A stretch of 64,000 nt of DNA from Mobula hypostoma (Eukaryota). A program made the position numbers and the translations under genes. Location of the stretch: NCBI RefSeq assembly GCF_963921235.1, contig NC_086097.1, positions 207,516,001 to 207,580,000 of the forward strand, given 5' to 3'. Positions 23,519-37,244 of the stretch are shown here, in pieces; the first letter of the stretch is position 1, and the number at the start of each line of letters is the position of its first letter. Below the pieces are notes generated by a model, which saw only the letters and a list, made by a program, of their open reading frames with translations, was not told the DNA's origin and ran no database searches.

Positions 23519-25885
23519 CATAGAACACAGAAATCTACAGCACATTACAGGACCTACAGCCAACAATATTGATCAGACCATGTAACTCACTCTATAAACT
23601 GCCTAGAATTTTCCTAACATATAGCCCTCTATTTTTCTAAGCTCCATGTACCTACCTAAGATTCTCTTTAAAAACCCTATTGTATCCACTTCTACCACCG
23701 TCACAGGCAGTGCAGTCCACGCACCCACCACTTTCTGTGTGAAAAACTTACCTCTGACATGGCCCTTGTACATATTTCCAAGCACCTTAAAACTATGCCC
23801 CCTCATGTTAGCCATTTCAGCCCCGGAAAAAAGCCTCTGGTCATCCACATGATCAATGCCTCTCATCATCTTATAAACCTCTGTCAGTTCACCTCTCATT
23901 CTCCATCACTCCAAGGAGAAAAGACCGAGTTCACTCAACCTATTCTCATAAGGCATGGTCCCTAATCCAGGCAACATCCTTGTAAATCTCATCTGCACCC
24001 TTTCTATAGTTTCCACAGCCTTCCTGTAATGAGGTGACCAGAACTGAACACAATGCTCCAAGTGGGGTATAACTAAGGTCTTATATAGCTGTAACATTTT
24101 GTGACACCCCAACTTTTGAGTCATCTGCAAACTTACTAACCCACCTTTCTACTTCCTCATCCAGGCCATTTATAAAAATCATGAAGAGTAGGGGTCCCAG
24201 AACAGATCCCTGAGGAACACCACAGGTCCTGGACGTCCATGCAGAATTTGAACCATCTACAACCACCCTTTGCCTCTGTGGGCAAGTCAATTCTGGATCC
24301 ACAAAACAAGGTCTCCTTGGATCCCATGCTTACTTACTTTCTGAGTGAGCCTTGCCACACGCCTTACTGAAATCCATATACACCACATCCACTGCTCTAC
24401 CTTCATCAATGTATTTTGATACATCCTCAAAGAATTCAATCAGATTGTGTCTTTCCATATGCTCATAAATCCTGCCTCTCAGGATCTTCTCCAACAACTT
24501 GCCCATAACAGAATAAGACTCACTTCAGCAGAATGAAGTAAATCTATAATTTCTTGGGTTATCTCCAAACCCTCTCTTGAACAAGGGAACAACATTTTCA
24601 ACTTTCCAATCCTCTGGTACTTCTCCCATCCCTATTGATGATGCAAATATCATTGCCATAGGCTCAGCAATCTCCTTCCTCGCTTCCCACAGTAGCCTGG
24701 GTATATCTCCTCCGGTCCCGGTGATTTATCTAACTTAATACTTTTCAAAAGCTCCAGCATATCCTCTTTCTGAATGCCTATACACTCAAGCATTTCAGTC
24801 TGTTGTAAGTCTTCCCCACAATTGCCAAAGTCCTTTTCACTGGTGAATAGCAAAGTATTCATAAAGTACCTTTGCTACCTCCTCTGGCTCCATGCACGTC
24901 CCCATTTGATTGGTCCTATTCTCATATGGCTCATCCTTTTGCTTTTCACATACAGTACTCGTAGAGTGCCTTGGGGTTTTCTTTAATCTTGCTCACCAAG
25001 GCCTTCTCATGGCCCCTTCCAGCTCTCCTAATTTCATTCTTCAGCTCCTTCCTGGCACCTTTATAATTTTCCAGAGTTCTGAGAGTACCTAGTTTCTTGA
25101 ACCTTTCATAAGCTTTTCATTTCTTCTTAGCTAGATTTTCTAAATCCTTTGTACACCATGGTTCTTTTACCCTACCATCTTATCCCTGCCTCAGTGGAAC
25201 ATACTTATGCAGAATGCCACATTTCTGCCGTGCATTTGCCTGAGAATGTCTGCTCCAAATTTATGCTCCCAGGCTCCTGCCTAATAGCATCATATTTCCC
25301 CTTACCCCAATTAAACGTTTTCCCAAATTGTCTGCTCCTATCCCTCTCCAGCACAACGGTAAAAGAAATAGAGTTGTGATAACTATCTCCAAAATGCTCT
25401 CCTACCGAGAGATCTCACGCCTGACCAGGTTCACTTCCCAATAACACATCAAGTGCAGCCTCTCCTCTAGGCGACTTATCTACATATTGTGTCAGGAAGT
25501 TTTCCTGAACACATCTAACAAATTCCACCCCATCTAAACTCCTTGCTCTAAGGAGGTGCCAGTCAGTATTAGGGAAATTAAAATCACCCATCACAACAAC
25601 CCTATTATTATAGCACCGTTCCAGAATCTGCCTCCTTTTCTGCTTCTCAATGTCTCTGTTACTTTTGAAGGGTCTATAAAAAACACCCAGTAAAATTATT
25701 GTCCCCTTCCTGTTTCTGACTTCCACCAACAATGACTCAGTAGACAATCCCTCCATGACTTCCTCCTTTTCTGCAGCCGTGATGCTATCCCTGATTAGCA
25801 GTGCCACTCCCCCACCTCTTCTGCCTCCCTCCCTGTCCTTTTTGAAACATCTAAAGCCCGGCACACTCAGCAGACGTTCCTGCTT
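23519..25885 (-). mobile_element. CR1 LINE ORF2 (endonuclease to 3' end) with internal deletions
   Basis: GVFYRP, MGDFNFPNTDW, GVPQGSVLGPLLF, KFADDSK, PHLEHCVQFWSPHY and FFTQKVVGAW. Confidence 0.92.
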
Positions 25886-26062
25886 AATTAATTTTCTCCA
25901 TCTTGTTATATAATAAAAAATGGGGTAAAATTATTCAGCAGGACCCTCTCTACCAAATACTGCACATCTCCTCCAATGTAGTCCAGATAGTAAAATGATT
26001 TCAACTGTGCTCTAACCAATTGTGTGTTTTGCATGTAATTTATGCATTATAAGCGCGCGCAC

Positions 26063-26093
<31 letters not shown>

Positions 26094-26379
26094 ACCTACA
26101 CATTACAGTCAATCATGGTGCCCTCAGTAGATAACTCTTGTTATCAGCAGTAGCCACTGACATTAAGATTTAAATGCAGGTGTCACAGTGAACCAGTGCA
26201 GAATGAATACAACATTAACCTTTAAGGCACGTTGTGTTGGATTCTGCTGAATATAGATATTAAGTAATTGGAATATCTTTCAATTCTGAAACATACTAGA
26301 GTTCCAACATAGCAAATTAGGGCTATATCTGGTGGTACATTTCACTGAGGAATATATACAAAATACAGCTGAAACTCAA

Positions 26380-27165
26380 CTGTGCACCTATGACTGTCAG
26401 ACTAAGCACAGCTCCAATGCCGTACTTAAGTCTGCTGATGAGACCACTGTCATAGGACAAATCAAAGGTGGTGACGATTCAACATATAGGAAGGAGATTG
26501 AAAATCTGGCTGAGTGTCACAGCAACAAACTCTTACTCAATGTCAGCAAGAACAAGGAGCTGATTATTGACTTCAGGAGTAGGAAACTGGAGGTTCATGA
26601 GCCACTCCTTATCAGAGGATTAGAGGTGGAGAGGGTCATCAATTTTAACTTCCTTGGTGTTATCATTTCCGAGGACCTACCCTGGGCCCAGCATGTAAGT
26701 GCAATTATGAAGAAAGAACTTCATTGCCTCTACTTCCTTAGGAGTTTGCAAAGACTCAGCATACTATCTATAACTTTGACTAACTTCTATAGATGTATGG
26801 TGGAGAGAATACTGACTGGCTGCATCACATCCTGGTATAGAACACCAATGTCCTACAAAAAGTAATGGAAACTGTCCAGTCTATCATGGGTAAAGCTCTC
26901 CCCACCATTGAGCACATCTACAAGTGCGTTATTGCAAGAAAGCAGCATTCAACATCAGGAATGCCCATCACCCAGGTCATGCTCTCTTCTCTCAGCTGCC
27001 ATCAGGATGAAGGTACAGGGGCGTCAGGCCTCACACCACCAAGTTCAGGAACAGGTATTACCCCTCAATCATTAAGGTCCTGAACCAGAGGGGAGAACTT
27101 CACTCACTTACCCCATCACTGAACTGTTCCCACAGCCTGTGGATTCTCTTTCAAGGACTCTTTGT
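26380..27165 (+). mobile_element. Degenerate Rex1/Babar LINE 3' portion
   Basis: KSADETTVIG, LNVSKNKELIIDFR and FYRCMVERILTGCITSWY. Confidence 0.85.
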
Positions 27166-27179
27166 CTGATGAGTCCAGG

Positions 27180-27815
27180 TGTGAGAGAAGGAAGTTGGGT
27201 GGGGAGAGGGAATGAAAATGAATGATCAGAGAATCTCGGTGGTGATAGTTGAAGGAGGCTGAAGAAGAACATATCTGATAGGAAAGGACAATGGACCATG
27301 CAGTAAAGGGAAGGCATCTGTTCTCAGCCCATACCTACCTCCTCGTTCTCAACTACTACACCACAAGTCTCCACACCTGACACACCATTATCTGTTAATT
27401 CTGCCATCTCCAGTGGGATCCCTCTACCAGACAATTCTTTTCCCTCCCCCTCCACTTTCTTCAGTGATCAGTATCTCCATGATTCCCTTGTCCATGTGTT
27501 CTTCCCTACTAATCGTCCTCCTGGCACTTATCCTTGCAACTGTGCTAAGTGCTGCACTTGCCCCTACACCTTCTCCCTTACCACTATTGAGGGAGCTGAA
27601 TAATCTTTCTATGTGAAGTGGTACTTCATCTCTGAGTCTGTCGGTGGCATTTATAGTATCCAGTGTTCCCAGTGTAACCTCTATATTGGAGAGAGTTTCC
27701 TCATCAAGCACCTTTGCTCTGTCTGCTAGGAACTCCTAGTGGCTACCTATTTCAATCCCACTTCCCATTCCCACTCTCTCCATAGCCTCCTCAACTGCCA
27801 CAATGAGGAGTGACG
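27180..27815 (+). mobile_element. Old Penelope-like element fragment (GIY-YIG region) with a short inverted 3' piece at its left end
   Basis: 27320-27815 aligns by eye with 39160-39670 (GIYSIQCSQCNLYIGE). 27180-27310 is a purine-rich inverted 3' UTR piece. Confidence 0.7.
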
Positions 27816-29594
27816 CAGGCTGGAATCTCTGTGAGCTGGAAGACCTGTGGATCACGTCTGCAGAAAAGATGCGTTGCATTTTTTTCCCTCTCTCAAATAT
27901 AAAATAACTTTTGGATCTCTGTGCCTTTGCTGATGTAATGTGAATTTTACAGAATTGCCCAACAGATCTGCATTTAGATCTTACAACTCAAAGAACAGCT
28001 GCTTATCAGAAAGCAATTTATTTCTCTTGAATAATTAATGTGTTTTATAAGGATCTGAATACTCATTTTATCAAGTTAAAGGCTGGATGAGATTTTATAA
28101 TGGGTGACTTAATTAGCAGTAATACTAGAACCAATGTCAACTGAACATCATATTTTCAGTGTGTTTCAAAGTCATTGAATCACTTTTGAACTGTCACTCC
28201 TGTCACATGAAAGGGAATGTAACAGTCAAGTTACACAAAGCAAGGTCCTTTGAAAAGCACTCACAGAAACAACTAGCTAATCAGATCTTGATAGTCTTGG
28301 ATGAGAAATAAATATTGGACTGAATGATTCTGATCTCTGACTAGTTTGCTCCATGCCTTGAAACACACCAGACACAACCTGGCACATCAGATCTCCCACC
28401 CCCCAGTGTTGCCAATTGAATCTGTTGGCAGAACACTGACGTGCTGAGATAAAGGGCTGGACCCACTCAGATCTGATCCATTACATATGAGTGCAAACAC
28501 GTTCACTTAAAAAGGCTTCAATGCCCCTGAATAAAATGGTAATGTTTTAACTAAATTCTGGGACTGCATTGCTTTAAAGATATCAAAAGAGCGAAGTCTG
28601 AACTGTTTTTAAACATCTTCCTTTAATTGAGATTCAAGGAGCTTTATCAGCAGCAAATTATCAAAAAGCCATGAGGACAATCCAAGGACAAGGTCTCAGT
28701 GATTGCATGAAGTCTAGTCACGGCCCACAGTCCACACTGTGGGTTAAATCTCAGGTACAGAGGATTAGCTTGGCCACTGCTCTATATATAGAACAGTTTG
28801 CAGCAGGTGGGTAACAGGTTCAGGCAGCAATTGGATGCAATATAAACTGTTCCATTTTTCAGAGATGCAGTGGATGATCCATTTTATCCAAATTCTGTCT
28901 GGTGGATAATATTTCTTCCTGCCAAAAGACCTGTGAGATATGAGACTGATGTTTGATCCAAAAAAGTGGTATTGTACCTCAGTGATCCAAATTTGGCCCA
29001 AGATGAAAAGTACCACTTAAAACAAAGCTCTTTGATTTTATTGAAGATGTGATATGTGTCAAGCTCTGTTTGAGAGTTCAACAGTGCAGATGGACTTTTA
29101 TCTCCAAAACAGCAGGAAAAGACTGAAAACCTTTATGGAAGATTAAAAGCCCTTATCAATGATTGAAACTTACAAATCCTGCATTGACTGTGTTTGCTTT
29201 TCTGCATATTAAGAGCCCTCAAGTATCCCCTGTATGCAACACTCATGATCATATATCAAAGCAATTTGATCTAAACCCACCACTGTGAGGATCAGAAGGG
29301 ATTAAAAATAAGAAGTGCATTGTTAAGAAAGATAATGGTAATTGTACAAAGAGGTAATGCAAGACATTTTTTTCCTTCATCTATCTCAAATCTAAAATAT
29401 TTGATTAACAGCCCATTCACTAGAGAAAGCAATACTCCATATTTTCTCAGAAACTCTTTTATAATTTTGAACATCTCTAAGTCTCCCTTTTACCCTTACA
29501 TATTACAAGGAAAGCACAATCATTTCATTCAGAATAAAAAAGGTCTGTCATTCCTGGTTTTATTTTAATAAATGCAATTTGGTTAATTTTATCA

Positions 29595-30068
29595 ATGGGG
29601 TAAAAACCTCCCACCTATTGAGCACATCTACATGAAGCGTTGCCATAGAAAAGCAGCATCCATCATCAAAGATCCTCATCATCCAGGCCATGCTCTTTTC
29701 TCACTGCTGCCATCAGGTAGAAGGTACAGGGACCTCAGGACTTGCACGGCCAGGTTCAAGAACAGTTACTACCCCTCAGCCATCAGGCTGTTGAACAAAA
29801 GGGGATAACTATGCTCATTCTATTTCTGGTGTTCCCACAACCAATGGTCTCACTTTAAGGACTCTTTATTTTGTGATTTCATGCTTATTATTTATTGCTA
29901 TTTATTCATATTTGCATTTGCACAGTTTGTTGTTCATTGATCCTGTTTACTGTTACTGTTCTATAGATTTGCTAAGTATAACTGCAGGAAAAAGCATCTC
30001 AGGGTTGTTTGTGGTCACACGAATATACTCTGATAATAATTATTTCTTTGAACAGTAAACTTTGAACT
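29595..30068 (+). mobile_element. Rex1/Babar LINE 3' end fragment
   Basis: IIKDPHHPGHALFSLLPSGRRYRDLRTCTARFKNSYYPSAIRLLN, with a TTTGAAC-type tail. Confidence 0.85.
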
Positions 30069-30654
30069 TATCCTTGAAGATGAATAAGACACATAATCTG
30101 AGTATGGAACAAAATCCCTAAAACACTTCTAATTGTTTCTATCATGTTTTTGGTTGACAGGCATATAACAAGAGGTATGAATGTTAACATTTGAAGTACC
30201 ATTAACATTCTGATATCTGAAAATCAAAGGTGACAAAACACCTACATTCTGCATGAAGTCGCCTTATGGGTAGATGAGAAAAAGGTAAGGCAGTTCAACT
30301 CAGACTGATGTCTAGGTAATAGCTACAGTAGGGATATATCATTTTAAGTTGGCATGGTGAATTTCCATAGTTAAACTGGATTTCCATTTCTGGATGCTAG
30401 GTGCCAGTAGAAACTGAACTAGATTCTAACTGCAGCTCTTACTTTCCTTCTGAATGTGGCCAGAAAGTGAGTGGGATTTTGTAGTCAAAAGCTGCTGCTG
30501 AGGATCAAGAGGTATTGTTGGGCGAAACTGACTGTTTTGCACTTACTGCAAGCATACCAACATTCAAAAGATTTCTTCTGGGTCTTGTCAGACAAATTAA
30601 GGGAAAGTGGCGTTCAGTTGCTCATCTAGATTTTAATTCTGAGTGTGGCTTGTG

Positions 30655-31498
30655 TCTATTTTAACTTCATCAGACCACAGGACTTGCTTCCAAAATGCTT
30701 CAGGCTTGTTTAGATGTTCCTTTGAACTTCTTGAATAGAACTTTTTGGCTGCAATGAGCAAAGGTATGTTTGGAGAAAAAAGGGTGCAAAATTTCATGAA
30801 AAGAACCCCTCTCCAACTGTTAAGCATGGGGGTGGATCGATCATGCTCGTTGTAGCCAGTGGCACGGGGAACATTTACTGGTAGAGGGAAGAATGAATTC
30901 AATTAAATACCAGCAAATTCTGGAAGCAAACATCACACCGTCTGTAAAAAAGCCGAAGATGAAAAGAGGATGACTTCTACAACAGGATAATGAATCTAAA
31001 CACACCTCAAAATCCACAATGGACTACCTCAGGAGGTGCAAGCTGAAGGTTTTGCCATGGCCCTCACAATCCCCTGACCTAAACATCATCGAGAATCTGT
31101 GGATAGACCTCAAAAGGGCAATTCATGCAAGGCGGCCCAAGAATCTCACAGAACTAGAAGCCTTTTGCAAGGGAGAATGGGTGAAAATCCCCCAAACAAG
31201 AATTGAAAGACTCTTAGCTGGCTACAAAAAGCATTTACAAGCTGTGATACTTGCCAAAGGGGGTGTTACTAAGTATTGCCATGCAGGGTGCCCAAACTTT
31301 TGCTTCAGGCCCTTTTCCTTTTTTGTTATTTTGAAACAGTAAAAGATGGAAATAAAAAAGTTTTCTTGCTTAAAATATTAAAGAAATGTGTCATCTTTAA
31401 CTTTATGCCTTTTGGAAATCAGTTCATCTTTTACTCGCTTAGCTATTCACAGTAACAGAAATTTTGACCAGGGGTTCCGAAACTTTTGCATGCTATTG
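30655..31498 (+). mobile_element. Tc1/mariner DD34E transposon, 3' half with right TIR; short inverted piece at left
   Basis: TVKHGGGSIM and QQDNESKH...WPSQSPDLNIIENLW, with 34 residues between D and E. The right end is followed by TA at 31499-31500. An inner repeat CAGGGTGCCCAAACTTTTGC at ~31284 matches the terminus. The WSDE motif lies on the minus strand at 30655-30724. Confidence 0.92.
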
Positions 31499-31571
31499 TA
31501 ACACCAAACTCCAATCTCAACTAGATCTTCAAGATGCTGCCTTATTTGACATACCATGCTTCACTCTAGAA

Positions 31572-32786
31572 CAGGGGTCCCCAACTTTTTTGTACTGCGG
31601 ACCGGTTTAATATTGACAATATTCTTGCGGACCCGACGACCGGGGGGGGGGGGGGTGGGGGAGTAGGGTTGCCAACAGACAAGAGTAGCAGTCAAATATG
31701 TTGTGTTTACCCCGAGAAAGACTACAATGACCATGAAGCCTTGTGTGGGCACCAGTGCGCATGCGTGACGTGTGCATGCGTGTTCCTGCCGATTTTTTTC
31801 TACAAATCGTTTTTGCAGATTCTGTCGGAGGGGGAGGTGTTAATCACGACTGGAATATAGGTGATAAGTGGCTAATACATTCAGTTTCTTTTATAAAAGG
31901 GTTTATCTAACAAATTGAATATTAAACACACAGCGGAATATTTTCCTCGCATGAATATGGTGATAAGTCAATTATCAGGGGAGGACAGGGGAGCCTGAAG
32001 TAAGTGTTGAACGAACTTCCAGTAGAAGTGGTAGAGACAGGTTTGATATTATCATTTAAAGAAAAATTGGATGGGTATATGGACAAGAAAGGAATGCAGG
32101 GTTATGGGCTGAGTGCAAGTTGGTGGGACTTGGTAAAAGTAGCGTTCGGCACAGACTAGAAGGGCCGAGATCGCCTGTTTCTGTGCTGTAATTGTTATAT
32201 GGTTATATAAGTCACTTATCAGTCAATAGCATCATAACATTTTAAGTAACGTTTGGATATTAAACACACAGCACATATTTTCCCCATATGAACATATAAA
32301 ATAATTGCAACACACCAATATCGCTGAATCAGTGGGAGCCCTGGGCTTGTTTCCCTGCAACAACACGGTCCGATCGAGGGTTGATGGGAGACAGCGATAC
32401 TCGAAGGGGGTTCCTTATGTCCAGTCTATTCCGCAATTTAGTTTTCGTTGCATTCATTGCAGAGATATGTTGGAAATGGAAGCAACGTTTTCAGTGCTTT
32501 CGTGGCTATCTCAGGATATTTAGCCTTGACTTTGATCCAGAACGCCGGCAGAGATGTTATGTCAAACATACTTTTCAGCCCGCCGTCACTTGCAAGCTCG
32601 AGGAGTTGATCTTCTTCCCATGCTGGCATGGATGACACGTGCGTTCAAGCTCAACAGTGGGCATGACAGGGATTGAGGAAAGGTACAACTGACTCATATC
32701 GCCAAGTCACATCGTTTCCTCATGGCCCGGTAGTGCATGCTCTGCGGCCCAGTACCGGTCCGCAGCCTGGTGGTTGGGGACCACTG
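31572..32786 (-). mobile_element. Non-autonomous hAT (Charlie/Buster-type) element with 8-bp TSD
   Basis: TIRs CAGGGGTCCCCAAC / GTTGGGGACCACTG and TSD CTCTAGAA at 31564-31571 and 32787-32794. A minus-strand transposase C-terminal fragment reads FWIKVKAKYPEIATKALKTLLPFPT...AGKQAQGSH*. Confidence 0.95.
32009..32206 (+). mobile_element. CR1 3' end inside the hAT element
   Basis: Closely matches 40727-40925 (NELPVEVVE...GTAATTGTTATATGGTT). Confidence 0.9.
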
Positions 32787-32929
32787 CTCTAGAAGGCCTC
32801 TCATTCCAGCCTCCACTGACTGGGAGCGACCCACATTCTACAGCTCTCTTTGCCATTGCGAGGAAGCAGGGAAATGTCCTTTGAGTATATTAGACATGCA
32901 AGCCTGTTCAACTGAACAACTCAAGTAAC

Positions 32930-33850
32930 ATTTCAAGTAAATTGAAACATATGGATCCAGAGTTAAACTGCTGACGTGAATTGAAAAATGGTTGATAGAT
33001 AATATTGGGGAATATTAATTAATTTGTCAACAACAGAAAACTGGGTGGGAATTGAGTTCTGATGCGGATGCAAAGATGCTTCAAGGTAATGTGGTCAAAT
33101 TGACTGAGCAGACAACAGATGGTAGATGGAATAAAAACACGGTACACACAACAAATAGCCTTTAGACTCATTGTAGCAGAGTTGTACAAAAAATGATTGG
33201 CTTGACCAGGCTGATAAATATGAAGTTATACAGTTTGGTTAGGAAAATCAGAAAGTTAAAGCATTATTTAAATTGTGACTGAAAGCATACATGCAGTTAA
33301 GATGGTCTGAGCACTGGAGCAATGAAGACTTATTGTATTTATGCAGGGTCTTAAAGAGACCACCACTGAAACAGTTTCAGTGTCTTACTTAAAAGCAAAT
33401 ATATTTGTTACAGAGGGAGGACAGCAGAGGTTCAGCAGACTAATTAATGATGTGTAGCTCAGATTGACTAGCCCTGTATTCACTACAGTTCAGAAAAATA
33501 AGGGGAAACCTCACTGAATTATACAAAATGTTAAAGGCTGAATGCAGGAAAAATGTTTCCTCTGGATGGGAGGCGAAGAATCAAGGGTCACATATGGTAA
33601 AAAATTAATACGTGGACAATGAAAAATTTCCTCCCTCAGTAAATGATGAACTTGTGGAACTGTCTATCACAAAAGGTTGTGGAGACCAAGAGTGCTGAAT
33701 ATTTAAGAAAGAGACACATAGACTTCCAGCAAAAGACATGAAACAATATGGGCAGAAAGTATGAACCTGATATTGAAATGCAGGATCAGCCATGATCTCA
33801 TTCAATAGCAGTGTAGATATGAAAAGTTTAATGGCCTACTCCTGCTCCTA
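32930..33850 (+). mobile_element. Highly degenerate CR1 LINE 3' half
   Basis: Patchy similarity to the CR1 ORF2 C-terminus, and a 3' end ATGGCCTACTCCTGCTCCTAT. Confidence 0.65.
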
Positions 33851-35991
33851 TTTTTCTAAGTTATCAAGGCAAGTCAAATCTCTAGTCTCATTCACTCATG
33901 AAGGAGCAGTCGATTTGTTTTTAATTGTTCAATTGTGTCATTGTTTCCCACAGGAGTTTAGTCTGGACAACAGAGTTGATTGCTGCAAGTCTGGACTGAT
34001 TGAAAATAAACAAGAGAATACTACTTGTAGTATTACAATGTGAATACTATATACAATGGGAAACATTTTTGTTATTTTACTAGAGATGAGAATATGTTGG
34101 ATTTAAACTGTTACAGAAAAACATTTGAAACAAACAAAATGTGAGGATTTGCATAATAATATTGCATAGTATAATTCTGAATCCTGATCATCAAGCTGAA
34201 CAGTTTCATGCATTTTGTCATTGGCATCTTTTTTCTCTAATATGTAAAAACTTGTAAATTCCTTTGTCCTAATTATTTAAAGGAAGCTAAAAATACAGTA
34301 AAGCGGTTATAATGCCTTGATTCCTTCCTAGATTTGACAACGAATGAAATAGTAAGTTGAATCTGAACAATATTTAAATTTGAATTATGTATTGAATCCA
34401 CATTGACAAATAGAAATGTGGAGCATTTCAATCAAATAGTATTGTAACTATTCAAATGGCATTTGAAGCATGAATAAAGCATAATTATGAGAAGGTAGCT
34501 TATTCAAACAATAAATTACTTACCACAGGAATAAACTGAGGAATGAGATGATTAAATAAGATATGGATGGCATATAACTGAAATATATTGCACTGTTTAT
34601 CATGCAACAGCTTATTATAAGTGGTAAGAAAATCTTGTGGACAAGCTTAGGAGTAACTACACACACTTAAATTCCTTGAAACCTCTTCCATCTTCTTATT
34701 GCAACTTGAAGTCATCTGGAACATATAAAGAGGCAAAGCTTCTAGCGTATAGTAAGGTAAACCCCTGAGGTATTGCTTGGGTTCATTTTCAATTTCAGCA
34801 AAGTGTTGACATCTGTTAAAGCCCTGACAGATCTGTCTTTCAACAGAATTCAAAGCAAGATCAGAGAGGATTTATAACAGGTGATAGATCCAAATGAGAA
34901 GAAGCAAAGTATTACAATGCTTAATAGAATTCAGAACCATGGCAAACGTGCTTTCAGCTTAATAACCACAAGGAAAGAACTAAACATAATTGCAGGTGAT
35001 TTTAAGCATACATACTAATTAAAGGTGGTTTGAGTTATAGAACCAGCAATAGTTTACAGGGAAGTCCTTTGTATCCCACTATTCTTACAATATTTTTTTG
35101 GATGTGGTAGTTTGCTATCTGCCTTCATGATCCAAAAGTTATTAAGAAAATACAAAATTGAATTTTTGATCCACATCAGAATATATATTCATTCTTCATT
35201 GGCAAACCTAAAGGCTGAAGATATCATGTTATTGTGATGTAGAAAGAATTATTTGTGAATGGCAGTATTACTATTTGATTTATACTTTTACTTTTAGTCA
35301 ATGATTTTAAATTCTGAAAATAAAAGAACGAGACCAATCATTTTTGTAAAAGTGCTCATTTGCACTTTGAATTTTTGTTATACTTTTTGATTGATGAAGC
35401 ACAATCAAGGGATAGTGGAGGTATATTTTGTGTTCAAAAGAGTAACATCAGCTTTATTTTAACTGCCTTTTCATCTTATTTGTTAAACAATTTATTTTCT
35501 AATTCAATCATATGGACACATTTATGACTGTGTCTTAGGAAAAGAACATAAGCTAATTCAACTCAGCTAGTGTATGGAACAAACTAAATCAGTTAGAGTG
35601 GTAGTTTAGAAAATGAAGGAATCAATTCTTTTCCTTTGATTCTCCATAAGATATTCTTCAATGTGATTCTAAATACTGAGAACTCTTTAGAGGAGGTGGG
35701 AAAGATAAGGCTGACTTTGACTTAGTGAGCATTCTAGAGTCTCTAGTGCACACAAAGAATTTTTCTTTGCAGTATTTTTGTAGGTTTTAATTTATAAATA
35801 GAAATGTTAAACATTTTATAGCTGTAACTGAAGAACTCTGATGTGGCGAGCTTTGAAAAAATGTGCTGCACATTTTTAAAAACGACTATGTTCTCAACTC
35901 CATCATCCCTAACTCAGGATTTTGATTATTTTACAGTGTTTGAGCTCTATTAAGAATCTTTAAAAATTCAAGATTATGAAAGATTACACTC

Positions 35992-36734
35992 TAACTTCAA
36001 GAACTACTCACTATAGTGGCAGCAGAAAGTAATGGCAGAGGCCTCTCAATCAACACAAAGAAGACAAAAAGCATGGTCATCTCCAGAAAGACAAACATCC
36101 CACAATGTGTGATCAAGATCGGAAATACAAACAGCAAACAAGTCAACAAATTCAGATATCTTGGCAGCCTAATAACAAGTGATGGCAGGTGCAACACAGA
36201 TATCAAATACAGAATAACAAAGGCGATAGAAGCTTTCCAAAAAATGAAGACCATATTAACAGACAGAAAGATGAGCATGTACACTAAAAACAGAATACTG
36301 CAGTGCTACATTTATTCTATCCTGACTTATGGAAGTGAATGCTGGACCATTTCCCCAGCAATGGAAAAGAGACTAGAATTAGCTGAATTATGGTTCTACA
36401 GGAGAATGTTAAAAATATCATGGACCACACACACATCAAATGAAGAAGTTTTCAGAAGAGCCCAAGCAGTTAGATCACTCATACCTACAATAAGGGAAAG
36501 ACAATTCAGATCCCTAGGACACATCATGCGGAAAGATGAACTAGGAAAACTCATACTCTCTGGAAAGATTGAGAGGATTAAACCTAGAGGAAGACTTTGG
36601 CTTATGTACATCAAAAGCCTAGCCAGGTGGCTACACATCAAGGAAATGGAAGTCATCCAAAGAAGGAGGGATAAATCAATATGGAAAACCATGGTCACCA
36701 ACATCAGCATTGGATATAGTACCGAGACAGACAG
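35992..36734 (+). mobile_element. RTE-clade LINE, 5'-truncated, stop-free ORF2 C-terminal part
   Basis: GLSINTKKTKSM, FRYLGSLITSDGRC, ILTYGSECWT, ELWFYRRMLKISW and LGHIMRK, with a short GACA tail. Confidence 0.88.
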
Positions 36735-37014
36735 TTTTCTGAGAGTTCTGCCCTTTCCTGTACAAGTTAAAGTGATATGATTGTTGTTCGAGACCTGGAT
36801 TATGCTTGGGTACTGTGTACCAATGATACTTTCTTTCTGCAGCAAAAATCAGTTTTGACTCTTACTTTGAACCAAACCCAAAAGGACACTGAATACAGTT
36901 GAACACTTTATTAAAAGCAAAGGATGACTCCTTCTCCAAGGGCAATGGCATAATTGCACAGTACTGGCTGACTGAGCCATCAAACAAAGGCAGACACAGA
37001 TTCACAAAATAAGA

Positions 37015-37240
37015 AATTAGCTTTATTTGTCACTCGTACATCGAAATATCAAAATATGTGTCGTTCGTGTCAACAATGAACGCAGTCCGAGGATGTACGG
37101 GGGCAGCACACAAGTGTGACCATGTCTTCTGGCGGCAACACAACATCTCCACAACTCACTAACTCTACATCTTTGGAATGTGGGAGGAAACCAGATGTCT
37201 CAGAGGAAACCCATATGGTCACAGGGAGGACATATAAAAG
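37015..37240 (-). mobile_element. V-SINE fragment with Rex1-type tail
   Basis: The plus strand has TCTTTGGAATGTGGGAGGAAACC...GAGGAAACCCA..TGGTCACAGGGAG (V-domain complement). The minus strand ends GTGACAAATAAAGC. Confidence 0.65.
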
Positions 37241-37244
37241 CGCT

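Noticed and set aside
28740..29170. Possible Gypsy gag fossil (QQEKTENLYGRLKALIND)
   Set aside because: Only one short, weak motif, with no LTR, PBS or second motif to support it.
31641..31662. G-run as a functional G-quadruplex
   Set aside because: It lies in the subterminal region of the hAT element, homopolymer length is unreliable, and there is no functional evidence.
34660..34740. Possible small minus-strand exon (MTSSCNKKMEEVSRNL)
   Set aside because: An acceptor-like site is present, but the donor is weak, the peptide is unrecognised, and there are no partner exons.
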